Shown piece after piece: positions 10,401 through 20,000 of a stretch of DNA of 47,727 nt. Under the pieces are notes generated by a model. It saw only the letters and a program-made list of their open reading frames with translations. It was not told where the DNA came from and made no database searches. Numbering within the stretch: position 1 is the first letter of the stretch; the number at the start of each line of letters is the position of its first letter. A program made the translations under genes and the position numbers. The stretch is from Anaerolineae bacterium (GTDB taxonomy: Bacteria; Chloroflexota; Anaerolineae; 4572-78; NAK82): the NCBI GenBank assembly GCA_049969215.1, contig JBMFPH010000003.1:1-47727 (forward strand), given 5' to 3'.

Positions 10401-10852
10401 CTGTATTGGGTGATCACCGGAGAAATGAGGATCATGGTGGAAGCGGCTATGGCACCAAGGCGCCCCAGCCAAGGGCGAAACCAGTAGGGCAGCATCACCA
10501 AGGCCACGCCGAACAATGCCACACCGACACGCCCTACAAAGTTGTTGTGCCCGAACAAGAAGAAAAGCAAGGCATTGAACTCAAATAAGAAGGGGCCGTG
10601 CATCATGGGATCGTGGCGATACCCCTCGCCATTGTAGAGCTTGTAGGAGTATAACATGTGTAAGCTTTCGTCGTGGCTGATGGCGCGTGATCCCAGATCG
10701 TAAAAGCGCGTGAACACAGCCAGGACGAACAAAAGCCCATATGCGATGGCCTCGCGATGCGCCACGACCCAATGCCACAGGGAAGAGGATGCTATGTTCC
10801 CTGAAGGTGCTGTATTCTGAGCATCTGATATCGCCTTGGAGCTCATAACCAC
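7478..10852 (-). CDS. TIGR03663/Agl23-like GT-C membrane protein fused to a C-terminal NHL-repeat beta-propeller
   Basis: RFYDLGSRAISHDESLH, HDPMMHGP, SRHLRHD, QPWYYY and EKMPW motifs with many TM helices; C-terminal repeats P.gIAV...G.lYVADT.N.RIQ.F. Confidence 0.85.
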   Translation of the reverse strand: MVMSSKAISDAQNTAPSGNIASSSLWHWVVAHREAIAYGLLFVLAVFTRFYDLGSRAISHDESLHMLYSYKLYNGEGYRHDPMMHGPFLFEFNALLFFLFGHNNFVGRVGVALFGVALVMLPYWFRPWLGRLGAIAASTMILISPVITQYSRHLRHDIFNEVFTLVMYVSLFHYLTAWQRGDFLRMRRWLYIGAAAVVLSLTVMEIAYIHGFIGLTFIAATILVENLSLTQRRRLFWIGTAALVVIGIIALWLTFGNAGPVPLDQPPNMARQVISGLQQLVGGLAGGASAVPQENMRAAWKVIHLLVLAAGLFFAATTLALSVTDKTLPLEKQRVQLFPVRLMSEAVRSLPLREVGIAVLIGAIIFVTLYTTFFTNPYGLVSGTWGAIYYWLSQQDVQRGGQPWYYYLMLLPLYEFLPFFIGAAGGIWYLIRRWRVTRPAALEREPIIEGKPSAPSVAADVEDVLHVYFPAFALYWVIDAIFIYSWAGEKMPWLTTHMSLPLIFMAAWTCERVFAGLQGRWRTLWEHGGVLFAVLLPLTALALVALLSVQPFRSYSLFDLRDTGQWLGSLVVVGLLMYGLIHYGRRLGGFLAARVAFLVVLIVLAVFTARSSWLVSFINYDDVSEYLFYAHGAPDVTLAMRQIEDISRRTVGDKLIKVAYDNESTWPLEWYFREYPNRTYYGDSPSRQQLEAPIVIVGPSNEGKVTPYLGDNYVRFNYRLVWWPLETYKEQSPIKIWHTYFVPATLPDDPAGRQAAWNEVFENRKALWEVFFYHRHKTPKNQWPYVHRFYMYVRKDVLNQLWDYHTGPALAEMPTEPYAVKHQEIRAKRAIGGQGNGPGRFMTPRAIAVGADGLWYVADSGNNRIQVLDAQGNAVRSWGSSGSGAGQFQEPWGIAVNTEMGRVYVSDTWNHRIQVFDLKGTFLFAWGYFVDTGGQIDRDPGGFWGPRDIAIDEEGNIYVADTGNKRIQKFTADGEFIAQWGGAGILPGRFDEPTSLAFAPDGTLYVADTWNRRIQAFSADMTPLRQWAIESWESTSVVNKPYVRVDRAGNVYASDPERYRILVFDAQGTFLLSFGQYGADMASFALPLGMAFEADGDLLVVDSDNHRLLEFPPPLEAAGSKEEG

Positions 10853-10888
10853 CTCTTATATCTTAGCGGTTCGGTCCGGTGTGAATCG

Positions 10889-12769
10889 CTACTTTTCTGA
10901 TATGTTTGCAACGGAGGGCTGTCTCACCCACAACACTACCTTTTCGAGCTGCTGAGGCTGCGGCTCGCGCAGCAGGTACCAGCGAATGAATGCGGTGGCC
11001 GGCATAGATGTGGGTTGGCCATAGTTGCGCACGACGAAGTCTTGACCTGCATATGGCTCATCTGTCAACAAGGCGCCCTCTGGCGCGAGAACGACCTCGG
11101 GAAAACGCGATGCCGTGCTCGAAGACGCTCCTTCCATCGGAAGCTGCTCCACTTTACGAACCCAGCTCACGTTGGGGAATGCACGCAATTGCCATTCTAC
11201 AGCCGGGCCAACGCCGCGGCCGGCTAAAATCTCGACTAGATAGGGGTCATTTGCCTTCCTGACTGAAGCGAACTGCAGCACGGTGACCAGATCGCGCAAT
11301 CCCTCACCTGCGGACGCACGCACCAAGGGCTGAGAAGCGTCTGCAACCGGGGTATAGTTGAGACGCACCGCACCGGCGACATGAAACAGGAACAAGGTGC
11401 CTGCCATCGCGAGCATTATGCCGCGTAAGGTAGAGGCACCGTCATGCCATTGCCAAAAGGCCACGATCAACACGACAAACATCCCGATGGCAGCCAATGG
11501 TTGCCAGATAACCCCATAGTTGCTCGCGTACATCATGAGCGTAATGTAGGCAAAGGCGAAAACGGTCAAGCAAGCTGCTACTACGACCCCTTCGCGTTTC
11601 CAGTCACCTTGTTTCCACACCGTCTCCACGAGCTTCCCTATTGCCAGGCCAGCCAGCAACGCCGCTGGCCACAGGGTCAGGAGCACTTCCCCCGCAGAAC
11701 GACCAGGACGTAATACATCCAGCAATACACCGCCACAAAACCACCATGCCAACCACAGATCAAGGGATCGACGGCGTGCCAAAACCATCCCCAGGCCAAA
11801 TAGGCCAGCCAGAAGGGTGAGTGGGTCGTAAAGACCCAGCAACCACAATGCCGGATAAACGGGGCTCATCTCATGGGATGCTGGGAGGGCGCTTCCCGTC
11901 GCAGGGGCAAAACCACGCAGCCACATTTCTATCTGATCCACCATCATCGGCAGACCATCCTGATTGACAAACAGCCCGTTGGCAACTACCAGCACGGCGA
12001 TCAGAACCGCTATCAGCGCCCCGCGTCGAGCCGTCAGGCCGGCAATTATCTCACGCAGCCATACGGCATGCTTCCGACAGTGAGTCACCCATAGGGCTCC
12101 GCTGAACGTCAGCAGCAACAGGATCATAGAACCCGCCAACGGCGAAGAGACCACCATAAGCGCCGAGCCGACCACCACGGCGATCGCCCCGAGGTGATGC
12201 CGACCATCCGCTCCGTTCGCCACACGAGTGATCCCGATAAACCATAACGCGGCTCCTGCTACGATAAAGATGTCCCCATTTGTGGTGCGGGACAGATATA
12301 ACGCCGAAGGAGAGAAGCATACGAGCACCCCCGCGCATAGAGCACCGATGCGTCCCAGAGGACGACGCAACCCCATGGGCACCAACACCAGGAACACGCC
12401 TGCTATGGCCGAAGCGAGCCGTGCGGTGAACTCGGTGGCGCCCCATAGCGCAAACGCGACCAGGCCTGTCGTGGTCAGAAGCGGGCTGTAGTCCCTCCCC
12501 GTGGTCTGCAAGCCCTGATAGAGCTGCCAGCTCACCAGTGCCTGAGCTGCTTCGGTGTCCGACAGGGGACGCGCGCCCAAATCAGCCAGCCGTGTTGCCA
12601 ATGCCAGGGCGATGATCACCGCCCACGCCACGATTTCCATCTTGCTCAGCGTGGCACCTGGCGCGGTCGCTGGCTGCCGCGAGATCTCTGCGGATATGTG
12701 CTCTGGACGGTGAGCGTGTTGTGAACCTGGAAATTGCTCAGATGTTGGCATTATCGGTAAGAGCGTCAT
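10889..12769 (-). CDS. Second TIGR03663/PMT-like (GT39, GT-C fold) membrane protein, divergent paralogue
   Basis: RLADLGARPLSDTEA and SPSALYLSR parallel the N-terminus of the neighbouring gene; multiple TM segments; VEWQLR resembles the neighbour's LEWYFR. Confidence 0.7.
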   Translation of the reverse strand: MTLLPIMPTSEQFPGSQHAHRPEHISAEISRQPATAPGATLSKMEIVAWAVIIALALATRLADLGARPLSDTEAAQALVSWQLYQGLQTTGRDYSPLLTTTGLVAFALWGATEFTARLASAIAGVFLVLVPMGLRRPLGRIGALCAGVLVCFSPSALYLSRTTNGDIFIVAGAALWFIGITRVANGADGRHHLGAIAVVVGSALMVVSSPLAGSMILLLLTFSGALWVTHCRKHAVWLREIIAGLTARRGALIAVLIAVLVVANGLFVNQDGLPMMVDQIEMWLRGFAPATGSALPASHEMSPVYPALWLLGLYDPLTLLAGLFGLGMVLARRRSLDLWLAWWFCGGVLLDVLRPGRSAGEVLLTLWPAALLAGLAIGKLVETVWKQGDWKREGVVVAACLTVFAFAYITLMMYASNYGVIWQPLAAIGMFVVLIVAFWQWHDGASTLRGIMLAMAGTLFLFHVAGAVRLNYTPVADASQPLVRASAGEGLRDLVTVLQFASVRKANDPYLVEILAGRGVGPAVEWQLRAFPNVSWVRKVEQLPMEGASSSTASRFPEVVLAPEGALLTDEPYAGQDFVVRNYGQPTSMPATAFIRWYLLREPQPQQLEKVVLWVRQPSVANISEK

Positions 12770-12787
12770 TTTTCAGCGTTAGGTAGG

Positions 12788-13567
12788 TCATCGGCAGGGG
12801 CTTGGGATCTCTTCGTGCGGCGCGCTGTGTCCCGATGGCTGGTAGCGTTGGGAATATAGTGTTGGCTGGTACTCGGCCCTTCGGCTGGGACATCCCTCTA
12901 ATGGGCAGAGTTGACAACTTTCAAAAGCGCTCTCAGTTGGGAATATGAGACCTGAGACAGACTTGGTGGGTATCATGAGCATGTGTTCGGTCAGCTGCAC
13001 CCCAATGCTCTGCGGGGCAGTGCCCAATATGCGAAATAGCGGTTTTTGCTGCCCCAACGGCCAATCTGCCAAAGATCCCGGGTTCATTTGTGCGATGCGG
13101 CCCGGACGATAGTGAGTCACAAGATGATCACGCATAAATGCGATGGCACTGCGCAGGGCCAGCTCCTTGATTTGATCGGCCCAAAAGCGATGCAGAATGC
13201 GATCCGAGACGGTCTCACTCCAAGATTCCAGCTCTGTGCCACAGGTTGCCACGAAAGAAAAAACGCGATGCGCTTGTTCCAGGTTGACACGCAATACCCG
13301 GCTGCGCAGTTCGATCCCGTTGATAACCACGCTTTGCTCACCACGTGATTCAATGGGTGCCAGAGCGTAGAATGCTTTGGGTCGGCCGATTGCCAGAGCT
13401 TGGGCAACCATTTCCTTAAGGTCTTTCAGCTCCTCTGAGCGCCCCACAAGGTGGAGCTTCTGCGCCAATTGCACTATATCGATCTGCCAGGGAATAGGGT
13501 CTAAGATGTGCTGCTCCACAACATCTCGCCTTTGCAGGGACATCGGATTGACGGCCACTTTCCCCAT
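12788..13567 (-). CDS. Stand-alone B12-dependent methionine synthase activation-domain-like protein
   Basis: FVATCG.ELE, MNPGSLADWPLGQQ, IGVQLT...LMIPTKSVSG and C-terminal CQLCPLEGCPSRR motifs. Start may be 13543. Confidence 0.82.
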   Translation of the reverse strand: MGKVAVNPMSLQRRDVVEQHILDPIPWQIDIVQLAQKLHLVGRSEELKDLKEMVAQALAIGRPKAFYALAPIESRGEQSVVINGIELRSRVLRVNLEQAHRVFSFVATCGTELESWSETVSDRILHRFWADQIKELALRSAIAFMRDHLVTHYRPGRIAQMNPGSLADWPLGQQKPLFRILGTAPQSIGVQLTEHMLMIPTKSVSGLIFPTESAFESCQLCPLEGCPSRRAEYQPTLYSQRYQPSGHSAPHEEIPSPCR

Positions 13568-13575
13568 ACTATAAT
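13548..13575 (+). promoter_or_regulatory. Sigma70-type promoter for scpA, probably leaderless
   Basis: TTGACG (13548-13553)-N16-TATAAT (13570-13575); the GTG start is at 13582. Confidence 0.65.
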
Positions 13576-13581
13576 GAGCCT

Positions 13582-14433
13582 GTGAACAGCTGGCAAATCG
13601 CTCGCGCTAAAGAGGCATCCGCAGGTTATAGCACCGACCACACCTATCAGGTGACCTTGCCCTCGTTCCAGGGGCCGCTTGACCTTCTGCTGCACCTGAT
13701 CGAGCAGGAACAACTTGATATCACCAAAGTGGCACTCGCCCAGGTGACAGATCAATATCTGCAGTACATTGCCACCCTGCAAGAGGTCGATGCTGACCTT
13801 CTCAGCGATTTTCTGGTGATCGCCGCGAAGCTGGTGTTCATTAAATCGCAAGCTTTGCTGCCCAAGCCCCCTATGGACGCCTCCCATCGCGAAGAAGAGG
13901 AAGATGTTGGCGACCAGCTGGTGCGTCAGTTGCGCGCCTATCGACAGTTTAGACAAGCTGCGCAAATACTGGTGAGGCGCGAAACGCTCCACCTGCGCAG
14001 TTATGTGCGCGTGGCTATGCCCAGGGTTCTAGAGCCCCATTTGCCTCCAGGCGAAATCAGCTTGGAAGATCTGACTATTGCTGCGCGCAACGCCTTGGCT
14101 ATCCGTTCTCCCGATCCGGCGGTGGATCAGGTAGTGTCTCCTGTCATGGTCACCATTGGGGAGCGCATCGCGTTGATCCGTCAGCTGCTGGAGCGCCTTC
14201 CCCAAGTGACGTTCGGCGCTTTGATGCGTATGTGCACGCGACGCCTTGAGATCATCGTGACGTTTATGGCCGTGCTCGAGCTGATCAAGCAAAACTTCGT
14301 GGACGTGCAGCAGGAGGCACCGTTCGGAGAGATTGTCATCTATCGCCGACCGGATACCCCATCCGGCGCCGATGCGCATGGCACTCTGCCACAGGACGCT
14401 TCTCCTGTTGAAGCGGTCCAGGATGAGGCATGA
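13582..14433 (+). CDS. scpA: Segregation and condensation protein A (SMC kleisin)
   Basis: FQGPLDLLLHLI, VTDQYL, FLVIAAKLVFIKSQALLP, IIVTFMAVLELIK and Q..PFGEI motifs. Confidence 0.95.
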   Translation: MNSWQIARAKEASAGYSTDHTYQVTLPSFQGPLDLLLHLIEQEQLDITKVALAQVTDQYLQYIATLQEVDADLLSDFLVIAAKLVFIKSQALLPKPPMDASHREEEEDVGDQLVRQLRAYRQFRQAAQILVRRETLHLRSYVRVAMPRVLEPHLPPGEISLEDLTIAARNALAIRSPDPAVDQVVSPVMVTIGERIALIRQLLERLPQVTFGALMRMCTRRLEIIVTFMAVLELIKQNFVDVQQEAPFGEIVIYRRPDTPSGADAHGTLPQDASPVEAVQDEA

Positions 14434-14660
14434 CAGACATGTCAGATGCGGTGGAGCCGACTTGGCAAGAAAAGCGGGTTGCGCGGGTGGCGGAGGAGCG
14501 TTGCCATCTCTGTCGACACTGCCTTGCACAACGTGCCTGTCGTATCCGTGCTCTCATGCGCATGGATGAAGACGAAACACCCGTAGTGGATGTTCACCGT
14601 TGCCGTGGGTGCTTGTTGTGTGCGGTGGAATGTCCTTACGACGCCATCGTGCACACGTGA
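14430..14660 (+). CDS. Small 2x[4Fe-4S] ferredoxin-like protein
   Basis: CxxCxxC-x5-C and CxxCxxCxxxCP motifs; ATGA overlap with the scpA stop. Confidence 0.85.
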   Translation: MTDMSDAVEPTWQEKRVARVAEERCHLCRHCLAQRACRIRALMRMDEDETPVVDVHRCRGCLLCAVECPYDAIVHT

Positions 14661-14818
14661 TGGCCTCGCCGATTGGAGACGCGGCGCAATTTGCCTCGAG
14701 CGTGGATTGGCTTGCGTGGGACTGTTTCCCTCTTCGGCGGTCCATCCCGACTGTTCCCTATCGTTGGGGTTGGAAGCCACTGCGTCATCTTGTGCGAAAA
14801 AAATTGGTTCGGAAGGGC

Positions 14819-14847
14819 TTGCAATCGATGAGAGTTCAAGGTATAAT
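14819..14847 (+). promoter_or_regulatory. Sigma70-type promoter upstream of the molybdoenzyme operon
   Basis: TTGCAA (14819-14824)-N17-TATAAT (14842-14847). Confidence 0.7.
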
Positions 14848-15186
14848 TTATCTGTAAACTTGCCGTCCTTGGTGTTAGCTGCATTATCGGTATGGTAGGT
14901 TTTGCATGCACATGTGCAACATGATGACGCGGTCAACAAGGGTTATGGATGGTTCCGCGCATGTTTATTCACGAAGAGATTCCCTCCATATGTGGCTAGT
15001 CGTTCGATCGGTTTGCCGTGGTTTAGGTTGCGTTGTTGGTTTCTGAAGTATTCTTTTCCCAGGGATGAGCACTCTGTGGGTACGCAAGCAGGTTGATGTG
15101 TATCTCGAGAAGGGGGAACATTGAATTCCTGGTTATGAGATGTGGGAGTTTGGAAGACAGTTGGAGGTGAAGAGAAGGAGGAAGCT

Positions 15187-15938
15187 ATGCCCGATACACT
15201 CCAAACGAAAGACATTTTGTTGCGAATGCAAGAGGACTTGCGGCGTGCGCTCGAAAAGCCCCGCACCAGCGTCGCTGGGTGATGGTCATCGACTTGCGCC
15301 GATGCATCGGCTGTCACGCCTGCACGGTGGCGTGTGTCGCGGAGAACAAGCTGCCCCCTGGCGTGGTGTATCGCCCTGTACTAGAGGAGGAATTCGGTAG
15401 CTATCCGAATGCCACCCGGCGTTTCTTGCCGCGTCCATGCATGCAATGCGACAACCCACCGTGCACGCCGGTCTGTCCGGTCCACGCCACCTACCGCGAC
15501 GAAAATGGCGTGGTGGTTGTGGACTATGCGCAATGCATCGGTTGCCGCTATTGCATCACTGCCTGTCCATATGCGGCGCGCACGTTCGACTTCGGCCGCA
15601 CCTATACGGATGGAACAGCAGAAGCAGAGGGATTGATCCTGGGGCGCAGCCGGGCGGATGATTATGAAAGGGTGGCCAATTTTGAGTATGGGCGGCCGTA
15701 CGAGCGCCTCGGAGTGGAAGAATCCCCGATCGGGAATGTGCGCAAGTGTCATTTCTGCTTGCATCGTCTCGCAGCCGGCATGTTGCCGGCATGTACCACC
15801 ACGTGCATCGGACGCGCCACTATGTTCGGAGACGCCAGCGACCCGGATAGCTTAGTGACCGAGATGATCGCGCGTACGAACGTGATACGCCTCAAAGAAG
15901 AACTGGGCACTGAGCCCCGCGTTTATTATCTGGTCTAG
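15187..15938 (+). CDS. 4Fe-4S dicluster subunit (TtrB/SrdB/NrfC-like); apparent frameshift near 15259-15262
   Basis: Four Cys clusters (CIGCHAC..AC, CMQC..PPC...CP, CIGCRYC...CP, KCHFC...C...C). A strong RBS (AAGGAGG) precedes ATG 15187, whose frame stops at 15282; the body of the protein is in the -1 frame (15279-15938). Confidence 0.88.
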
Positions 15939-15950
15939 GGGGAGGGAACG

Positions 15951-17084
15951 ATGGCACTCAAACGCATTGCGTATGCTGCGTGTGTGTTGGCCCTGTTGGC
16001 AGGTGCGTGGGGATTGTATGATCGTCTGGTCTATGGACACCAGCACGCTGCCTATGGCTCTTATGTGGTATGGGGTCTGTGGGTGGCCATGTACTTGTTC
16101 TTCGCCGGGATAGCCGCCGGTGCCTTTATGATCGCCACCCTCGATCTGCTGTTTGGCATCCCGGTGCTGCGCGGCATCGGGCGTCTGGCACTTTGGGTAG
16201 CGCTGGTCAGCTTGGCGGCTGCGTTGCTCTCCATCTGGCTTGACCTGGGGCATATGGATCGCATCTGGAAGGTCTATCTGCAAGGTTCGCCTAGTTCGGT
16301 GATGGCTCAGATGGTATGGGGTTATACCGCGTTTGGCTTTTTGGCCCTTGTCTGCCTGATCCTCGCGCTTACACGGCCGGCCAGCCGATTGTTGCGTGCT
16401 TTGATGATCGTGGGGTTGCCGCTTTCCCTGTTCATCAGCGGCGCGGTGGGTGCCCTGTTGGGGGTACAGGCCAGCCGCATGTTCTGGCATGTGGGCCTGT
16501 TCCCGGTGCAGTTCCCGGTTTTCTCCTTAGCGTCCGGCACCGCGGCGATGCTGGTGGCCATTGGGCTGTTTGGTTCGCGCCAGGATCCGCTGCGCAGTGA
16601 GCAACTGCGTTTGCTTTCTCTGGCTACGGTGGTGTTGACCATTGTGAAGCTCTACTTCTTATGGGCTGACTTCTCACAGAGTATGTACGGCAATGTGCCG
16701 CAGAACGTAAAAGCAGTTGAAGCGGTGCTATATGGGCAATATTGGTGGGCCTTTTGGATTCTGCAGCTTCTGCTCGGCTCGTTGGTTCCCATGGTGGTCT
16801 TGGCGCTGCCCGGTCCGAGCCGCAATGGTCAATGGGCAGGCTGGATGGGGGTGTTGGTGCTGGTCGGCTTCGCTGCCGCGCGTGCCAACATCGTCTTCCC
16901 AGCGCTCACGGTGCCGGAGCTGGAGGCGTTGACCACCGCATTTACCGGACCGCATTTGACGTTCGAGTACTTCCCCAGCCCGATGGAGTGGGCGGTGACA
17001 GCAGGGATTACCGGTATGGCAATATTGGCTTTTCTGATCGGCAACGACGTACTGCCGCTGCGCACAAGGATGGAGGTGGCATAA
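15951..17084 (+). CDS. NrfD/PsrC-family membrane anchor (TtrC/SrdC-like)
   Basis: WGLWVAMYLFFAGIAAG, DLGH..R, SVM, GALLG....R.FW and P...EW motifs; many TM helices. Confidence 0.92.
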   Translation: MALKRIAYAACVLALLAGAWGLYDRLVYGHQHAAYGSYVVWGLWVAMYLFFAGIAAGAFMIATLDLLFGIPVLRGIGRLALWVALVSLAAALLSIWLDLGHMDRIWKVYLQGSPSSVMAQMVWGYTAFGFLALVCLILALTRPASRLLRALMIVGLPLSLFISGAVGALLGVQASRMFWHVGLFPVQFPVFSLASGTAAMLVAIGLFGSRQDPLRSEQLRLLSLATVVLTIVKLYFLWADFSQSMYGNVPQNVKAVEAVLYGQYWWAFWILQLLLGSLVPMVVLALPGPSRNGQWAGWMGVLVLVGFAAARANIVFPALTVPELEALTTAFTGPHLTFEYFPSPMEWAVTAGITGMAILAFLIGNDVLPLRTRMEVA

Positions 17085-17085
17085 T

Positions 17086-20000
17086 ATGGCGACCCAGAAA
17101 AGTGTTCCCCAATCCTACAACGATAAGGAAAGCAGGGTGAGCGCGTTCTCACGGCGTGATTTTATCAAGATGAGCGGACTCATGTGCGGTACGGCTGCCT
17201 TTCTGGGGTGGCGTCCCGACTTCCATCAGCTTGTGGCTTCTCAGGCGGCTGCCACGGAGATCCCGCTGCACTCTCTGGAGAACCAGATTTACACCGTGTG
17301 TCTTCAGTGCAACACGGTATGTGGCATCAAGGTGAAGCTGCTGGACGGCGTGGCAGCCAAGATCGACGGCAATCCCTACAGCCCGTGGACGATGGCACCC
17401 CACCTGGACTATGAAACACCTTTTGCGCAAACCGGAACGGTGGAAGGCGCCATCTGTCCCAAGGGCCAGGCAGGACTGCAAACCGTCTACGACCCATATC
17501 GCATCGTCAAGGTGCTCAAGCGCAAGCCTGGCACCAAGCGTGGCGAGAACCAGTGGATCACGATCGACTTCGACACCGCGTTGGATGAAATCGTCAACGG
17601 CGGGGACCTTTTTGGTGAAGGGCCTGTGCCAGGATTGAAGGAATCCTATGCCCTCAAGGATCCGGCTGTGGCGAAAGAAATGGCTGCTGCTGTCAAGGCG
17701 ATCCTGGCCGAGAAGGATACAGCCAAGAAGCTGGCCTTGGTGGAAGACTTCAAGGTAAAGTTCAAGGACTACCTTGACACTCTGATTGACCCCGATCATC
17801 CCGACTGGGGTCCCAAGAACAATCAGGTGGTCTTCAACTGGGGCCGTCTCAAAGGTGGTCGCAGTGACTTCATCAATCGTTTCATGCGTGATGGCTTCGG
17901 CAGCACCAACACCCACGGACATACGACGGTTTGCCAGGGCTCGCTCTATTTTGCTGGCAAGGCGATGTCGGAGAAGCTGGTCGACGGCAAATGGACGGGA
18001 GGTGACAAATTCTACTGGCAAGGTGACGTGCGCAACAGTGAGTTCGTCATCTTCGTCGGCGCGTCGCCTTTCGAGGGCAACTACGGCCCACCGCTGCGCG
18101 TGCCAGCGCTGACGGTCGGTGCCACCGACAAAGGGCTCAAATATGTGGTGGTCGACCCACGCCTGTCCAAGGTCGCGGCCAAGGCATGGAAGTGGTTGCC
18201 CATCCGCCCCGGCACAGAGGGTGCTATGGCGTTGGCGCTCATCCAATGGGTTCTGGACAACGAACGCTATGACAAAGCCTATCTGGCGGCTGTGAACAAG
18301 GCAGCTGCAGCGGCTGCCGGCAACCCCACCTGGACCGAAGCAGCTTGGCTGGTCAAGCTGGATGAGAACGGCACGCCGACCACCTTCTTGCGCGCGAGCG
18401 AGATCGGGCTGAAGGAGAAGGAGCCACGTCCTCTCTCCACTGACCCGGAGAAGACGTATGAGTTCGATTATTTCGTGACTTTAGTGAACGGAGAGCCAGT
18501 CGCTTTCGACCCATACGCCGATAAACCTGAAGACGCCGTCAGCGGCGACCTGTTCGTCAATGGCATGCAATTGGGCGCGTTCACCGTCAAATCCGTGTTG
18601 CAGATCATCTCTGACGCCGCTCACGAACACACGTTGGAAGAATGGGCGGAGATCTGTGGGTTGCGTGTCACCGACCTGGTGGAGGTGGCGCGCGAGTTCA
18701 CCAGCCACGGCAAGCGCGCCTGTGCCGATATCCATCGCGGCGTGAGCCAGCATACCAATGGCTTCTATAACGTGTTGGCCTGGTACACGCTGAACGCGTT
18801 GATCGGCAATTACGACTTTGCAGGTGGGATGATCAAGCTGAGCACGTATGACGCCGCGGGGAGCAAACCTGGGCAGCCATTCCCCTTGTCCAAGCTCAAT
18901 CCCGGCGCCATGCCCCCCTTCGGCACCTCGATCATCCGCCACGACGCTAAATACCAGGAATCAGTGCTCTATGCACGCTTGCCCGAAGATCAACGCTACC
19001 CGGCCAAGCGCAACTGGTATCCGCTGTCGAGCGATGTCTATCAGGAAGTGATCCCATCCATCGGGGACACCTATCCCTACCCGGTCAAGGCACTCTTCAT
19101 GTATATGGGCTCGCCGGTCTATGCCCTGCCGGCCGGGCATAAGCTGATCGAGATCCTATCCGACCCGAAGAAGCTCCCCTTGTTTATTGCTTTCGACATC
19201 ACTATTGGGGAGACCTCGATGTACGCGGATTACATCTTTCCGGACACAAGCTATCTGGAGCGCTGGGAGTTCAATGGTTCGCACCCATCGGTGCCCTTCA
19301 AGGTGCAGGGTATCCGTCAGCCGGCGATTGCGCCGCTCACCGGTGAGGTGACCGTCTTTGGGCAGACGATGCCACTCAATATGGAGGCGGTGCTGTTGGG
19401 ATTGGCTGAACGCCTCGGTCTCAAGAACTTCGGTCCTGGCGGGCTGGGTGAAGCCGGCGATCTGAGCCACCAGGATGATTTGTATCTGCCCATGGTGGCC
19501 AACGTGGCCTTCGGCGAGAAAGAGGATGGTTCCGACGCTGTGCCGGATGCAGACGCCGAGGAACTACGGCTGTTCGAGCAGGCGCGACGTCACCTGCCCA
19601 AGTCGGTGTTTGACCCCGAACGCTGGAAGCGCATCGTCGGGGAGGCGCTGTGGCCGAAGGTGGTCTATGTGCTTAACCGGGGTGGGCGGTTCCAGAACTT
19701 TGCCAAGGGTTACAAAGGCAACCAAGTAGCCAACCAGTATGGCCGGTTGATCAACATCTACCAAGAGAAGACCTACAGCACCAAAAGCGCCATGACAGGT
19801 GAGCATCTCGTCGGCTACGCCCGCTATTTCCCCGCGCCTGTGGATGTGTTGGGACGCCCTGTCGAAGACGGCGCCGAATATGATCTGCGGCTGATCACCC
19901 ATCGCGAACAGGTGATGACCAAGAGCCGCACCTCCGGCAACTATTGGCTGACTGCGATCATGCCCGAAAACGTCGTGTTGATGAACAGCGCGGATGCCGC

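Noticed and set aside
14700-14820. Cobalamin-riboswitch-like fragments (GACTGT, AGCCACTG, CGGAAGG)
   Set aside because: The GGGAA/GTG.AA.TCC core and B12 box are not recognisable, and the region lies upstream of the predicted promoter; an Rfam scan would settle it.
14902-15096. 64-aa ORF in the molybdoenzyme leader
   Set aside because: No clear RBS or motif; cannot be supported from sequence alone.
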